Positions 19,585 through 29,066 of a stretch of 64,000 nt of DNA are shown in pieces (the stretch's first letter is position 1; every line of letters begins with the position of its first letter). Source of the stretch: Patescibacteria group bacterium. Its GTDB lineage: Bacteria > Patescibacteriota > Microgenomatia > UBA8517. The notes under the pieces were generated by a model. That model did not search any database. It saw only the letters and a program-made list of their open reading frames with translations, and was not told where the DNA came from. The translations under genes and the position numbers were made by a program. The stretch is taken from the NCBI GenBank assembly GCA_041742135.1, contig JBGSJG010000008.1:96518-160517 (forward strand). The letters are read 5' to 3'.

Positions 19585-20703
19585 TTAAGATAGCAACATC
19601 TTCTTGTAACTTCTTAAAAGCATCTTAAATATTAGCCATCTGGCATGCAAACGAGGAAACGGTAGATTTTTCAAAAGATCCCACCAAAGGAACAGTCTGT
19701 GCTTTGGTTCTATAAGTAAATTTAGTAAATGATAGGGAGGGATGCGCCCCATCGTTTTAAAGTTTTCCAGGGCACCAACCGAGTCAAGTTGCAGCATTGT
19801 TCTTAAACACTTATGGCACTTTGAGCAGTTATACGCACCTCCAATGTTCTCGTAGCATACACGTAAATGATCTTGAGCTAGTTTGTAATCGCGTATAAAA
19901 AATGTTTTTTCTGATCGTTTAAGTCCGGACCCAGACGAGTATATCTTTAGTGTTTTTGTAGACCACAAGCGATCAAGATCTGGGTGTGTGCCATACGGGG
20001 CATAGGAAAGATTTGCGTCTTCCGAGTTAAAAGCAACTACATCAAGCCCTTTGGCTAATAAATATGAAACCGATGCTAAAGCTGCGCCGTGCCCGGCATC
20101 CCATCTGACCGCTTCTTGCACAAACCCTTTTAGATTAGTTTTTACTACGATTAACTTCTTTTCTGTTTTTTTGGCAACCTTCTTGGCGTTTTTTAATACC
20201 ACGGAAAATAACTTTTTATCATTCAGAGCAATATCAAATCCATGTACGAGAATTAGATGAGTAAGACGTGTGGATTTACGTATTTCTGATTTCTTTAATG
20301 TATAAAACGAGTCTAGTCCCAAAGAAAAGAAAGCTCCTTTACCTTTCTTTACGGAACGTATTGAAACTGCTTTTGTTGTCGATGTAGCAATATTAATGGG
20401 ATAAAGTTTCGACCAGGAATCTGTGTCAGGCCAAGAGCTTGTTAGTTTCATGACTTTGTACAAACTGTTAAGTAGGTCTTGGGATATCGATTCTTCGATA
20501 ATAAGTTCCTCCTTAAATCGCATGGACATAAATAGCAAAATCGGAAGAAATACCTCTGGCCCCAGCGAAAGTAAATTGCGATTTGAAGCCTCGGTCTCAA
20601 ACCAGATTTCGTATTTTTTGTCCAAAGAAGGACTTGTGACAAAAGCTGAAAGTCGAATATTGCCTTTTCTGAATGAAATACGAGATCGAGAGAGTTTCAC
20701 CAT
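19585..20703 (-). CDS. PP-loop (QueC-like adenine-nucleotide alpha hydrolase) protein of unknown function
   Basis: 'AFFSLGLDSFYT' PP-loop variant, 'HGAALAS', 'YGTHP', 'LRVC...NCSKCHKC' Cys cluster. Confidence 0.7.
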   Translation of the reverse strand: MVKLSRSRISFRKGNIRLSAFVTSPSLDKKYEIWFETEASNRNLLSLGPEVFLPILLFMSMRFKEELIIEESISQDLLNSLYKVMKLTSSWPDTDSWSKLYPINIATSTTKAVSIRSVKKGKGAFFSLGLDSFYTLKKSEIRKSTRLTHLILVHGFDIALNDKKLFSVVLKNAKKVAKKTEKKLIVVKTNLKGFVQEAVRWDAGHGAALASVSYLLAKGLDVVAFNSEDANLSYAPYGTHPDLDRLWSTKTLKIYSSGSGLKRSEKTFFIRDYKLAQDHLRVCYENIGGAYNCSKCHKCLRTMLQLDSVGALENFKTMGRIPPYHLLNLLIEPKHRLFLWWDLLKNLPFPRLHARWLIFKMLLRSYKKMLLS

Positions 20704-20722
20704 GATATTATAAACCTAAACC

Positions 20723-22153
20723 ATGTTGATTAAAAAAGGATCAAAATTAACAAAGCTAAGAATGAAACATGGCGGATTGGTGTTTGAAAGTTTTGATGAA
20801 CGGTATGACGGCGCTTCGTTGATAGTTGGGTTCTCATATTTACTTGAACCAGATTTTAAAATAAGAAATGAGATTGTATTTCCGAATGTGTCAATCGGGC
20901 GTTACGAGCAAATTAAAGGAGATGGGCTGAGTAATCTGTTTTTTCATCTAGGCTTAGGAGAGATGATGCTTATGTGGAGATTTGCTTGTCCCCAGAACAT
21001 AAAAATTAAAGCCGGATACTTAAACAACAAACAGCTCCTTTTTTGGAAAGATGTGTTCACTGCAGGATTCGGCGAATTTTATTATAAAGAGAAAATAAAT
21101 TTTAAGAAAAAAGATTTTTTGTTGTTTCATGTCTTAGGCAAAAAGACAAAACCCGCACTTTTCAAAGGGCCTCTAATAGACAGAGACCTACTTTTAACAA
21201 CTGGCGGTAAGGACTCGGCAGTTACAATGGAGATTTTGAGAAATAGTGAACGAGAAATAGCATGCTTACTCCTTGATCCTCAAAAGTCCGCAATACAAGC
21301 GTGCCAAATTGCAGGTGTAACGTCAATTACACTCTCCAGGAGAGAAGATGATAAATTGTCAAAACTCGTAGGGAAAAAATATTTTAATGCGCACACCCCC
21401 TGGACTGTTTATCTATCGCTGCTATCAACTGTCGCTAGTGCCATTTACAATTATAAGAATGTCATCGTTTCCAACGAAGAAAGTGCCAATGAAGGCAATG
21501 CCGTCTTTTTGGGTATGCCGATAAATCACCAATACAGCAAAAGCATAATATACGAGAATGATTTTCGGGAATACCTGGTACATTATCTATCACTACGTAC
21601 AAATTTCTTTAGCTTCTTGAGACCATTGCAAGAACTACAGATATGTAAGCTGTTTGCAACGATGAGACAATATCACAACACTTTTAGAAGCTGTAATGTT
21701 GGAATGATGGCGGGGGATTGGTGTTTAAATTGTGCCAAGTGTCTTTCTATCTATTTGACTTTGTACCCTTTTATGGGTAAAAAGTTGCATCCTATATTTG
21801 GTGAGCGATTTTTGGACAAAACTGAGTTACTACCTTTGCTTTGTGGGTTAATGAATGTGAAAGGTAAGACAAAACCTTTTGAGTGTGTGGCGACCATCCA
21901 CGAAATTAAAGTAGCAGTATTTATGTGTAGGCAGAAAGCAAAACTTGAAGGCGAAAAACCTTTTAAGTTGCTTGAATATGTTAAGAGATATGAAGAAAAC
22001 GATATTGCTTGCCTAAATTATTGGAACAAGAACAACAATCTACCCACTTCTCATAAAAGAATTCTTAGAAACGTTTATAATGAGACTAAGCCAGATTCCT
22101 ACTTGGTACCGGAAGAGCGTTTTACAATCTTCAGAAAGTTATTTTTCAGCTAA
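20723..22153 (+). CDS. MurL-like (UDP-MurNAc-L-Ala-L-Glu epimerase family) PP-loop protein, diverged
   Basis: 'GFGEFYY', 'GGKDS', 'NAHTPW', 'SNEESANE', 'INHQYSKS', 'FSFLRPL.ELQI', 'FRSCN', 'WCLNCAKC', 'KPFECV'. Confidence 0.75.
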   Translation: MLIKKGSKLTKLRMKHGGLVFESFDERYDGASLIVGFSYLLEPDFKIRNEIVFPNVSIGRYEQIKGDGLSNLFFHLGLGEMMLMWRFACPQNIKIKAGYLNNKQLLFWKDVFTAGFGEFYYKEKINFKKKDFLLFHVLGKKTKPALFKGPLIDRDLLLTTGGKDSAVTMEILRNSEREIACLLLDPQKSAIQACQIAGVTSITLSRREDDKLSKLVGKKYFNAHTPWTVYLSLLSTVASAIYNYKNVIVSNEESANEGNAVFLGMPINHQYSKSIIYENDFREYLVHYLSLRTNFFSFLRPLQELQICKLFATMRQYHNTFRSCNVGMMAGDWCLNCAKCLSIYLTLYPFMGKKLHPIFGERFLDKTELLPLLCGLMNVKGKTKPFECVATIHEIKVAVFMCRQKAKLEGEKPFKLLEYVKRYEENDIACLNYWNKNNNLPTSHKRILRNVYNETKPDSYLVPEERFTIFRKLFFS

Positions 22154-22339
22154 CAACTTGTGGTGTAGCATTTCTTTTCGATAGCCTTCAACAATCTTTT
22201 TTGGCCCGTTGGATTTTTTTATAACATTTTTTTTGAAACGACTCGTCTCCAATAGTCAAGATTTCATCTATGAGGAGTATTTGAGGTTTGGTGCACGTTG
22301 GTCGCCAACCCAGACATGGTGGATAACTTTAGGGATCAT
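22154..22339 (-). pseudogene. Chimeric scar: 5' stub of a GT32 gene fused to fragments of a second wzt
   Basis: Minus strand gives MIPKVIHHVWVGDQRAPN, then in another frame KPQILLIDEILTIGDESFQKKCYKKI (Wzt Walker B region), then GPKKIVEGY. Confidence 0.85.
22285..22317. repeat. 33-bp direct repeat, copy 2
   Basis: Identical to 18058-18090; similarity continues at 16/22 nt to the ATG. Confidence 0.95.
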
Positions 22340-22959
22340 ATTGTCTTATACCAAATCGTGTCTTTGACCTCGACCTTTCCGCAAATTTTGTCAACATTCT
22401 CTCTAACATTAAAAAAAACTTTTGGATCTGCGAAAACAAAACCATAGTCATGTCCGCTGTAAATACCGCCCTTCTTAACTTTCGGGATATAATTTTTGAT
22501 GTCTTGGCTAACTACAGGTTCTGTATGATCTCCATCGACAAAACAGAAATCAAAAGCCTTGTCGGCTACAGCTTTATGTGCCTCGACAGAATTCATGATA
22601 ATAAAGCTAACCGGTAAGCCGTTTAGGTGCCTGAGTGCATTGTCTCTTAAAAAGTCTAAATTATCCGGCTTGCCTCCAAACAGCATGTCTCCGTTGAAAT
22701 TGTCAATACAGACCAAATGCGCGTTCCTTGTAGCACAGACACTAGCTATAATGTATGCGCTGTTGCCTTTCCACGTACCCACCTCGAGTGCCAGCCCATT
22801 TCGTTTGATGGCACGATTTGCTAAATCCCAGATAACACCTGACTCAACATCGGAGTGAATAATTTCTCCAGGAATTCTGGCTCTTTTAACTACTTTGGAC
22901 TTGGAATAGTAGCCATTAAAAGGATTTGATAGTTTACCGATCTTAATTTTAAGCCTCAT
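22336..22959 (-). CDS. Class I SAM methyltransferase (Methyltransf_24)
   Basis: 'LEVGTWKGNS', 'CIDNF', 'FVDGDHT', 'GHDY'; ATG at 22959 overlaps the wzt end. Confidence 0.8.
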   Translation of the reverse strand: MRLKIKIGKLSNPFNGYYSKSKVVKRARIPGEIIHSDVESGVIWDLANRAIKRNGLALEVGTWKGNSAYIIASVCATRNAHLVCIDNFNGDMLFGGKPDNLDFLRDNALRHLNGLPVSFIIMNSVEAHKAVADKAFDFCFVDGDHTEPVVSQDIKNYIPKVKKGGIYSGHDYGFVFADPKVFFNVRENVDKICGKVEVKDTIWYKTI

Positions 22960-23680
22960 TTTGGATATAAGTTTTGATAACCTGTCGTGGGTCACCGTCA
23001 GCTTCTTTTTTGGTCGATTTAATATAGATTACTCTTGTGCAAAATTCCTTGACTGCATCCATCGAGTGGCTTACAAAAATAATGGTTTTCTTCTCCTTCT
23101 TAAACTCTTCCATTTTTTTCATACATTTACGCCTGAAACGCTCGTCGCCGACAGCAAGAATCTCGTCTACAAGTAAGATATCGGGCCCAGAATTTACGGC
23201 AATTGAAAAACCTAGCCGGACATACATTCCAGAAGAGTAATGTTTGAGCGGGGTATCAATAAACTCCGATAATTCGGCAAAACTAACGATGTCATCGAAC
23301 CTAGCGTCTATCGTTTTGCGCGAAAGGCCAAGAATGGCCCCGTTAATATATATGTTGTCACGGCCGGAAAGTTCTGGATGAAAACCTGCACCAAGCTCAA
23401 TAAGCGGAGCAATTTTGCCTTTGACACGCACCTCGCCTTTTGACGGAACCATAACGCCGGCAATTAATTTCAGAATTGTAGATTTGCCCGAACCATTCTT
23501 ACCGATTATTCCGACAGTTTCTCCACGTCTAATGCTAAAACTGACTCCATCTAATGCGTTGAAGTGGTCTTGAGACCTAAAATTAAGAATGTCCAAAAGT
23601 GCTTCTTTTAGAAGTAGCTTCTGCCCCTTTTTAAAGCTCTTTGAGACATTGTAAAACTCAATTGTGTTATTTGGGTCCAT
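22949..23680 (-). CDS. wzt: Polysaccharide ABC exporter ATPase, no C-terminal CBM
   Basis: Walker A 'GKNGSGKST', 'GAGFHPELSGRDN', 'YSSGM', 'LLVDEILAVGD', 'VSH'. Confidence 0.93.
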   Translation of the reverse strand: MDPNNTIEFYNVSKSFKKGQKLLLKEALLDILNFRSQDHFNALDGVSFSIRRGETVGIIGKNGSGKSTILKLIAGVMVPSKGEVRVKGKIAPLIELGAGFHPELSGRDNIYINGAILGLSRKTIDARFDDIVSFAELSEFIDTPLKHYSSGMYVRLGFSIAVNSGPDILLVDEILAVGDERFRRKCMKKMEEFKKEKKTIIFVSHSMDAVKEFCTRVIYIKSTKKEADGDPRQVIKTYIQNEA

Positions 23681-24468
23681 TAAATTACGTCGGCGAAATA
23701 CCTTGATCTTTTTCGAAAGTATACGAATCCTAAAACAAAAATTGCTAATGAGAAAATCATTGAATACGCGAATGACGGCATGGGTGGAGGGACACCATAT
23801 AGAACAACGTTGCGGTAAGCATTTACAATACCGGTCATCGGGTTTAGGTTAAAAAGTGAAACTAGATTTGCGGGGATTAATTCCGGTGGATAAATGATCG
23901 GTGTCATGTACATCCAGACCATCAAAAAAACGCTAAGAATATTTTCAACATCTCGAAAGAACACGTTTGTCGCGGATAGAACCAAAGATACACCCAGAAC
24001 TAGCATAAAATGAAACAGGAAAATGACAGGCAAAAATAATATTGAGGGGAAGATGGTGACCTTAAAAATTATCAAAATTACGGCCAAAATTGAAGCAGAT
24101 AAAATTAAGTCAACTGACTTGGCTAATATTGAAGACAGCGGAAAAATTTCTCTTGGGAGGTAAATTTTGGTAATAAGCTGTTGATTTGCTACCAAACTGC
24201 TTGTTGCTGCCGAAATAGAACTTGCTGTAAACATCCAAGGGACCAAAGCTACAAACAGAAATACTGGGTAAGGAATGTTGCCTGTTTGGATTCTCACAAG
24301 AAAAGAGAAGACTACGGTTAGTACGACAAGGTTAATGAGGGGAACCAAGATTACCCAAGCATAGCCCAAAATTGATTGCTTGTATTTAGCCTTAATTTCT
24401 CGCTTTACGAGTTCTTTTATAAGCGCGCGGTACTTGCGCACATTTAGAATGTTTATAAAAGGAAGCAT
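23680..24468 (-). CDS. wzm: Polysaccharide ABC exporter permease
   Basis: 'KAKYKQSILGYAW', 'KIYLPRE', 'FFRDV', 'TPIIYP', 'LNPM', 'FADVI'. Confidence 0.93.
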   Translation of the reverse strand: MLPFINILNVRKYRALIKELVKREIKAKYKQSILGYAWVILVPLINLVVLTVVFSFLVRIQTGNIPYPVFLFVALVPWMFTASSISAATSSLVANQQLITKIYLPREIFPLSSILAKSVDLILSASILAVILIIFKVTIFPSILFLPVIFLFHFMLVLGVSLVLSATNVFFRDVENILSVFLMVWMYMTPIIYPPELIPANLVSLFNLNPMTGIVNAYRNVVLYGVPPPMPSFAYSMIFSLAIFVLGFVYFRKRSRYFADVI

Positions 24469-24507
24469 AACAGTTAAAATTATACTATTAAGCTAGCACA
24501 ATAGAAA

Positions 24508-25581
24508 ATGGACGCTGTTCGATTGGTCACAAAGTATTTTATGGTTTGGCGTCTTCTACTGTTTTTTCCATTGCTTCTTTCAGGTAATCTTCCCATGCGT
24601 TTAGCTTATGTGTATCCGTATCTGCAAAATCCTCTCCTTTCAATTTGGGCAAATTTTGACGGGGTTCACTATATTTCTATAGCTTCAGCAGGCTATGCCA
24701 ATCAAGCAGCATTTTTTCCTCTGTATCCGATGATTCTTAGAATGCTCGTTTTTGGTGCAGCAAATATAAATTACTATTTAGTTAGTGGACTACTAATTTC
24801 CAATATAGCTTTTTGGGCAGCGCTTGTAGTTTTTTACAAATTGATACGTTTGGATTATTCCGATTCAGTAGCAAAGTGGAGCGTAGTATTTATGCTTACT
24901 TTCCCTACGGCATTTTTTTTCGGAAGTGTTTATTCAGAAAGCTTGTTTTTACTTCTACTTCTATTGTCTTTTTGGTTTGTACGCAAAGGCAACTGGCTTA
25001 TGGCTTCTGTCTTTGGAATTTTTGTGTCTGCAACGCGTCTTGTTGGTGCTCTGCTTGCCCCTGCGCTTTTATTGATTCAACGCCGCGTAGTATTTTTTCT
25101 AATTCCAGTTGGGACTCTAGCCTATGCAGTTTTTAATTATTTTCGCTGGGGAGATCCACTTCATTTCATTAAAGTACATGGAGAACTTTCAAATGGCAGA
25201 TCTACTGAGTCTATGGTTTTAGTTCCTCAGACTATTTTTAGATACGCCAAAATTCTATTTAGTTTATCGCCTTCGCAGTTTGAATGGTGGATTTCGGCTT
25301 TGGAACTTTCAGTCTTTGTTTTGGTAGTTTATTTACTCTACAAAGCTGTGAAGCTCAAAGTTTATAAGTCGTATGTAGCGTTCAGCGCATTTGCATTTTT
25401 AATTCCCGTGAGCTCCGGAACATTTAGCGGGCTTCCAAGATACGTACTTGTTTTATTTCCGATTTATATAGTACTGGCAATGATAAAAAGTGATACAACA
25501 AAGAAGCTAGTCGCAATTCTTTTTGCCTTTTTGTTGACAATTCTTTTAATGTTTTTTTCAAAGGGTTATTTTATAGCATGA
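24508..25581 (+). CDS. PIG-V-like (GT76) mannosyltransferase, GT-C
   Basis: 'WANFDGVHYISIA', 'AFFPLYP', 'YSESLF', 'LPRY'. Confidence 0.8.
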   Translation: MDAVRLVTKYFMVWRLLLFFPLLLSGNLPMRLAYVYPYLQNPLLSIWANFDGVHYISIASAGYANQAAFFPLYPMILRMLVFGAANINYYLVSGLLISNIAFWAALVVFYKLIRLDYSDSVAKWSVVFMLTFPTAFFFGSVYSESLFLLLLLLSFWFVRKGNWLMASVFGIFVSATRLVGALLAPALLLIQRRVVFFLIPVGTLAYAVFNYFRWGDPLHFIKVHGELSNGRSTESMVLVPQTIFRYAKILFSLSPSQFEWWISALELSVFVLVVYLLYKAVKLKVYKSYVAFSAFAFLIPVSSGTFSGLPRYVLVLFPIYIVLAMIKSDTTKKLVAILFAFLLTILLMFFSKGYFIA

Positions 25582-26867
25582 CTAAAAAAATAATATTTAT
25601 TCTCGGCTTAGCACTGTTTTTGAGGCTAATTGCTTTAAACCAAAGCTTATGGCTCGACGAGGGGACTACGGCTCTTGTTGCTCGCGACATGACTTGGATA
25701 GAGTTTTGGGGGTTTCTAAAAGCCGATTTTCATCCGCCACTTTATTACATTATTGTGAAGGCTGTATCTGGTCTGGTTGGCAACTACTCTGAAATTGTTC
25801 TTCGAATGCCTTCGGTTGTTTTCGGAGTACTGACTGTGTATTTGGTTTACAAGATTGCAATAATTCGCAAAACCAATAACGCTGTTTTGGCAAGCCTTCT
25901 GATGGCGTCCGCCCCGTTGCATATTTATTACTCGCAAGAAGCCCGAATGTATGCCACCGCAGCGTTTTTTGTGGCACTAGCATTTTATTTTTACTTAAAA
26001 AAACAAAACTTGTGTTTATTGGGAGCTCTGGCCTTAGCGTTTTGGACAGACTATATGACAATTTTTGTGCTTCCTGTATTTCTTTTAATGCGACGATCCA
26101 GGCCCTATGCCATAGCCTCAATATTTACTTGTTTGCCCATGCTTTTATTTTTACCAGACCAGTTGACCGGCGGCAGTGCGGTGAGCGCTAACTGGGCGAG
26201 GGCTTTGGGAGATACCAATCTTAAAAACATTCTTTTAATTCCAGTCAAATTTTTGATAGGCAGAATTTCTTTTGCAAGGCCGGTTTACCTGGCAGTTCTA
26301 GGACTAACGCTACTTGCTATCCTGCCTGCAATTTTTGGAGCATTTAAGAATATTAAGAAAAACAGTGAACTCTACCCGTGGCTAGCTTTGCCTGTTTTTG
26401 CAGGTCTTGTTGTAGGTTTGTTTGTTCCAGTTGTAAGCTATTTTAGGTTTTTGTTTGTCCTGCCTGCGTTTTATCTAATTTTAGCCGAAGCTCCACGGAA
26501 ATACATTTTTATTCTTTTCGTACTTAATCTTACCTTTTCTGCCATCTATCTTTTGAGCCCCAACTTTCACCGCGAGGATTGGCGTAGCCTTGTGACGCAA
26601 GCTGAAGAAATTGATCCAGAGCCGCTGATAATTTTTCCTGCTGAGACGCAAATGGAGGCATATAAATACTATGCTAGCAAAAGCAATTTTGCCGGTCCTT
26701 TCGGAATTGACGATAAACATGCCCAAATCTGGCTTATGCGCTATGTTTACGATATAGTTGATCCAGACGATGCCACAAGAAAGAAAATTGAGACCATGGG
26801 ATACGAGAAAATTAGCGAACTCGATTTTAATGGGGTAGTGGTTTATCAGTATGAAAATCGGAATTGA
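25578..26867 (+). CDS. GT39/PMT_2 GT-C glycosyltransferase
   Basis: 'SLWLDE', 'DFHPPLYY', 'LRMPS', 'YSQEARMY', 'REDWR'. Confidence 0.85.
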   Translation: MTKKIIFILGLALFLRLIALNQSLWLDEGTTALVARDMTWIEFWGFLKADFHPPLYYIIVKAVSGLVGNYSEIVLRMPSVVFGVLTVYLVYKIAIIRKTNNAVLASLLMASAPLHIYYSQEARMYATAAFFVALAFYFYLKKQNLCLLGALALAFWTDYMTIFVLPVFLLMRRSRPYAIASIFTCLPMLLFLPDQLTGGSAVSANWARALGDTNLKNILLIPVKFLIGRISFARPVYLAVLGLTLLAILPAIFGAFKNIKKNSELYPWLALPVFAGLVVGLFVPVVSYFRFLFVLPAFYLILAEAPRKYIFILFVLNLTFSAIYLLSPNFHREDWRSLVTQAEEIDPEPLIIFPAETQMEAYKYYASKSNFAGPFGIDDKHAQIWLMRYVYDIVDPDDATRKKIETMGYEKISELDFNGVVVYQYENRN

Positions 26868-27930
26868 TATCAGTCAAATTGTTTATGAGACCGGCGTTTC
26901 GGTTTATACACGAGAGTTGGTGTCAGCGCTCGTCAAAAAATATCCTGATCATGAATTTGTTTTATATGGCGGCTCGCTACGCAGATCTCGTGAATTAAAG
27001 AATTTTCTTCTTGGCTCAAAAAATGTCACAAAAAAGCTTTCAAAGCTTGCGCCTTCCTTCGCGAACTTGATTTGGAACAGGCTTCATGTCTTGCCGATTG
27101 AGCAAATGATTGGAAAAGTCGATGTTTTTCATACATCTGATTGGGCCGAAGCTCCGGCCAGTTGCCCCAAAGTAACCACCATTCACGATTTATCGATTTT
27201 TAAATACCCCGCTCTCACTCACCCTAAAATTTTGGCTACTCACACGCGGCGCATGGCTTGGGTTAAAAAGGAATCGGACTGTGTGATAGTGCCCTCAACC
27301 GCTACTAAAGACGAAGCCCTTAAGCTTGGAATTTATGAGGATAAAATCGTTGTGATTCCTGAAGCAGTAAGTGGCATCTTCACGCCTAAAAGTAAATCTG
27401 AAATTGGCAAAGTAATGAGTAAGTACAAAATTAGCACCCCCTATGCATTAGCTGTAGGAGCAAATCCGCGAAAAAATATCGACCGAATTATTAAGGCTTT
27501 TTATAAATCAAAAGCTAATAGCAAACTCAAACAATTGGTTGTAGTTGGTAGGGGGCCAGCGATTGAAGACCTGGGTGTTAATTTTCTGGGTCACGTACCG
27601 GCAGATGATCTTCCGGCGCTTTATAGTGGAGCAGGCTTACTTGTTTATGTTTCAATTAATGAAGGTTTTGGTCTTCCAATTCTTGAAGCTTTTGCTTGCG
27701 GCTGCCCGGTTCTCACGTCTAATGTTTCCAGTATGCCAGAGGTTGCAGGTAAAGCTGCGGTTTTGGTAGACCCAATGTCCGTCGAAGAAATCTCGAAAGG
27801 CTTCGTGAAAACTGTGAATAATAGGGAAAAATTAGTTGATTTGGGCCTTCGGCGTGTGAAAAAATACAATTGGGATATGGTGGCCAGTGAGACTATGAAG
27901 GCCTACGAGAGTGTGGTTGCAAGTAAGTAA
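26851..27930 (+). CDS. GT4 glycosyltransferase (MtfB-like)
   Basis: 'TGVSVY', 'TIHDL', 'PRKN', 'EGFGLPILEAFACGCPV'. Confidence 0.9.
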   Translation: MKIGIDISQIVYETGVSVYTRELVSALVKKYPDHEFVLYGGSLRRSRELKNFLLGSKNVTKKLSKLAPSFANLIWNRLHVLPIEQMIGKVDVFHTSDWAEAPASCPKVTTIHDLSIFKYPALTHPKILATHTRRMAWVKKESDCVIVPSTATKDEALKLGIYEDKIVVIPEAVSGIFTPKSKSEIGKVMSKYKISTPYALAVGANPRKNIDRIIKAFYKSKANSKLKQLVVVGRGPAIEDLGVNFLGHVPADDLPALYSGAGLLVYVSINEGFGLPILEAFACGCPVLTSNVSSMPEVAGKAAVLVDPMSVEEISKGFVKTVNNREKLVDLGLRRVKKYNWDMVASETMKAYESVVASK

Positions 27931-27932
27931 TT

Positions 27933-29066
27933 ATGATAATTGGAATAGACGGAAACGAAGCAAATGTAAAGAGCCGGGTAGGTGTCAATCAATATGCCTT
28001 TGAACTGCTGTGGGCGATGCGTAAACTACAGGATAAAAACGCACTAAAACACGACGTAAATGTTTACCTTAAAAATGAACCATCCAGTGAGCTTCCTAAG
28101 GCAAGTGAAAAGTGGAAATACAAAGTAATTGCCGGAGACAGGCTTTGGATCATACGAAATTTCATGCCGTATTTATTTTCTACACACGAGAAGCCGGATG
28201 TGCTTTTTTCTCCCAACCATTATGTTCCACCTTTGTGTCCCGTTCCTCGCGTTGTGGCAATAATGGATCTCGGGTATCTCGCGTCCCCGGGCCAATTTAA
28301 GGCATATGATTTTTGGCAGTTAAGGCTTTGGACTGCTTGGTCCTTGTTTGTAAGCCGAAAAGTGGTGGCGATTTCAGAAGCGACACAGAAAGATATAGTC
28401 AAACACTATCCTTTTGCATCAAAGAAGACCAGCGTTACTCTGCTGTCTGGAGACTCTTCTGTGGAAAGCGCAAAAATATCCGTGCAAAACATTGATTCTA
28501 TCAAGAAAAAGTATCTCATAGGAAAAAACTATATTCTGTTCTTGAGTACCTTAAAACCCAGTAAAAATGTCACTGGACTTTTGGGTGCATGGGCCAAAAT
28601 ACACAATGAATTTGGGAGGGATCATACCCTTGTAATTGCAGGTAAAAAAGGCTGGCTTTATGAACCAATTTTTGACCATGTCAAAAAACTTAAACTCGAA
28701 AAAAGCGTAGTTTTCACGGACTTTGTTCCTGAAAATGAAAAGCTTGTTCTCTTGGCTGGTGCCAAAGTATTTGTCCTTCCATCATTCTGGGAGGGCTTTG
28801 GAATTGACGTCGTTAATGCAATGAAACTTGGGGTTCCAGTGGTTGTGTCGAGTCGCGGTAGTCTTCCTGAAGTAGCTGGTGGGGTGGGTGAGGTTGTTGA
28901 TCCAGAAGATCACGGCTCAATAGCTCGGTCAATTTCAAAAATTCTAAAAATGCCTCAAAAAGAATATAATAAACTATCTGAAGAATCGATTAGCTACGCG
29001 CGAAGGTTCAGCTGGGAGAAAACAGCTCAAAAGACAGTAGAAGCTATCGAATCAATAATTAAATAA
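27933..29066 (+). CDS. GT4 glycosyltransferase (MtfB-like)
   Basis: 'GIDGNEAN', 'KPSKN', 'GKKGWLY', 'PSFWEGFG'. Confidence 0.9.
   Translation: MIIGIDGNEANVKSRVGVNQYAFELLWAMRKLQDKNALKHDVNVYLKNEPSSELPKASEKWKYKVIAGDRLWIIRNFMPYLFSTHEKPDVLFSPNHYVPPLCPVPRVVAIMDLGYLASPGQFKAYDFWQLRLWTAWSLFVSRKVVAISEATQKDIVKHYPFASKKTSVTLLSGDSSVESAKISVQNIDSIKKKYLIGKNYILFLSTLKPSKNVTGLLGAWAKIHNEFGRDHTLVIAGKKGWLYEPIFDHVKKLKLEKSVVFTDFVPENEKLVLLAGAKVFVLPSFWEGFGIDVVNAMKLGVPVVVSSRGSLPEVAGGVGEVVDPEDHGSIARSISKILKMPQKEYNKLSEESISYARRFSWEKTAQKTVEAIESIIK

Noticed and set aside
18058-22317. attL/attR of a prophage or ICE
   Set aside because: The repeat is coding sequence of a duplicated GT32 start, and no integrase or phage genes lie between the copies
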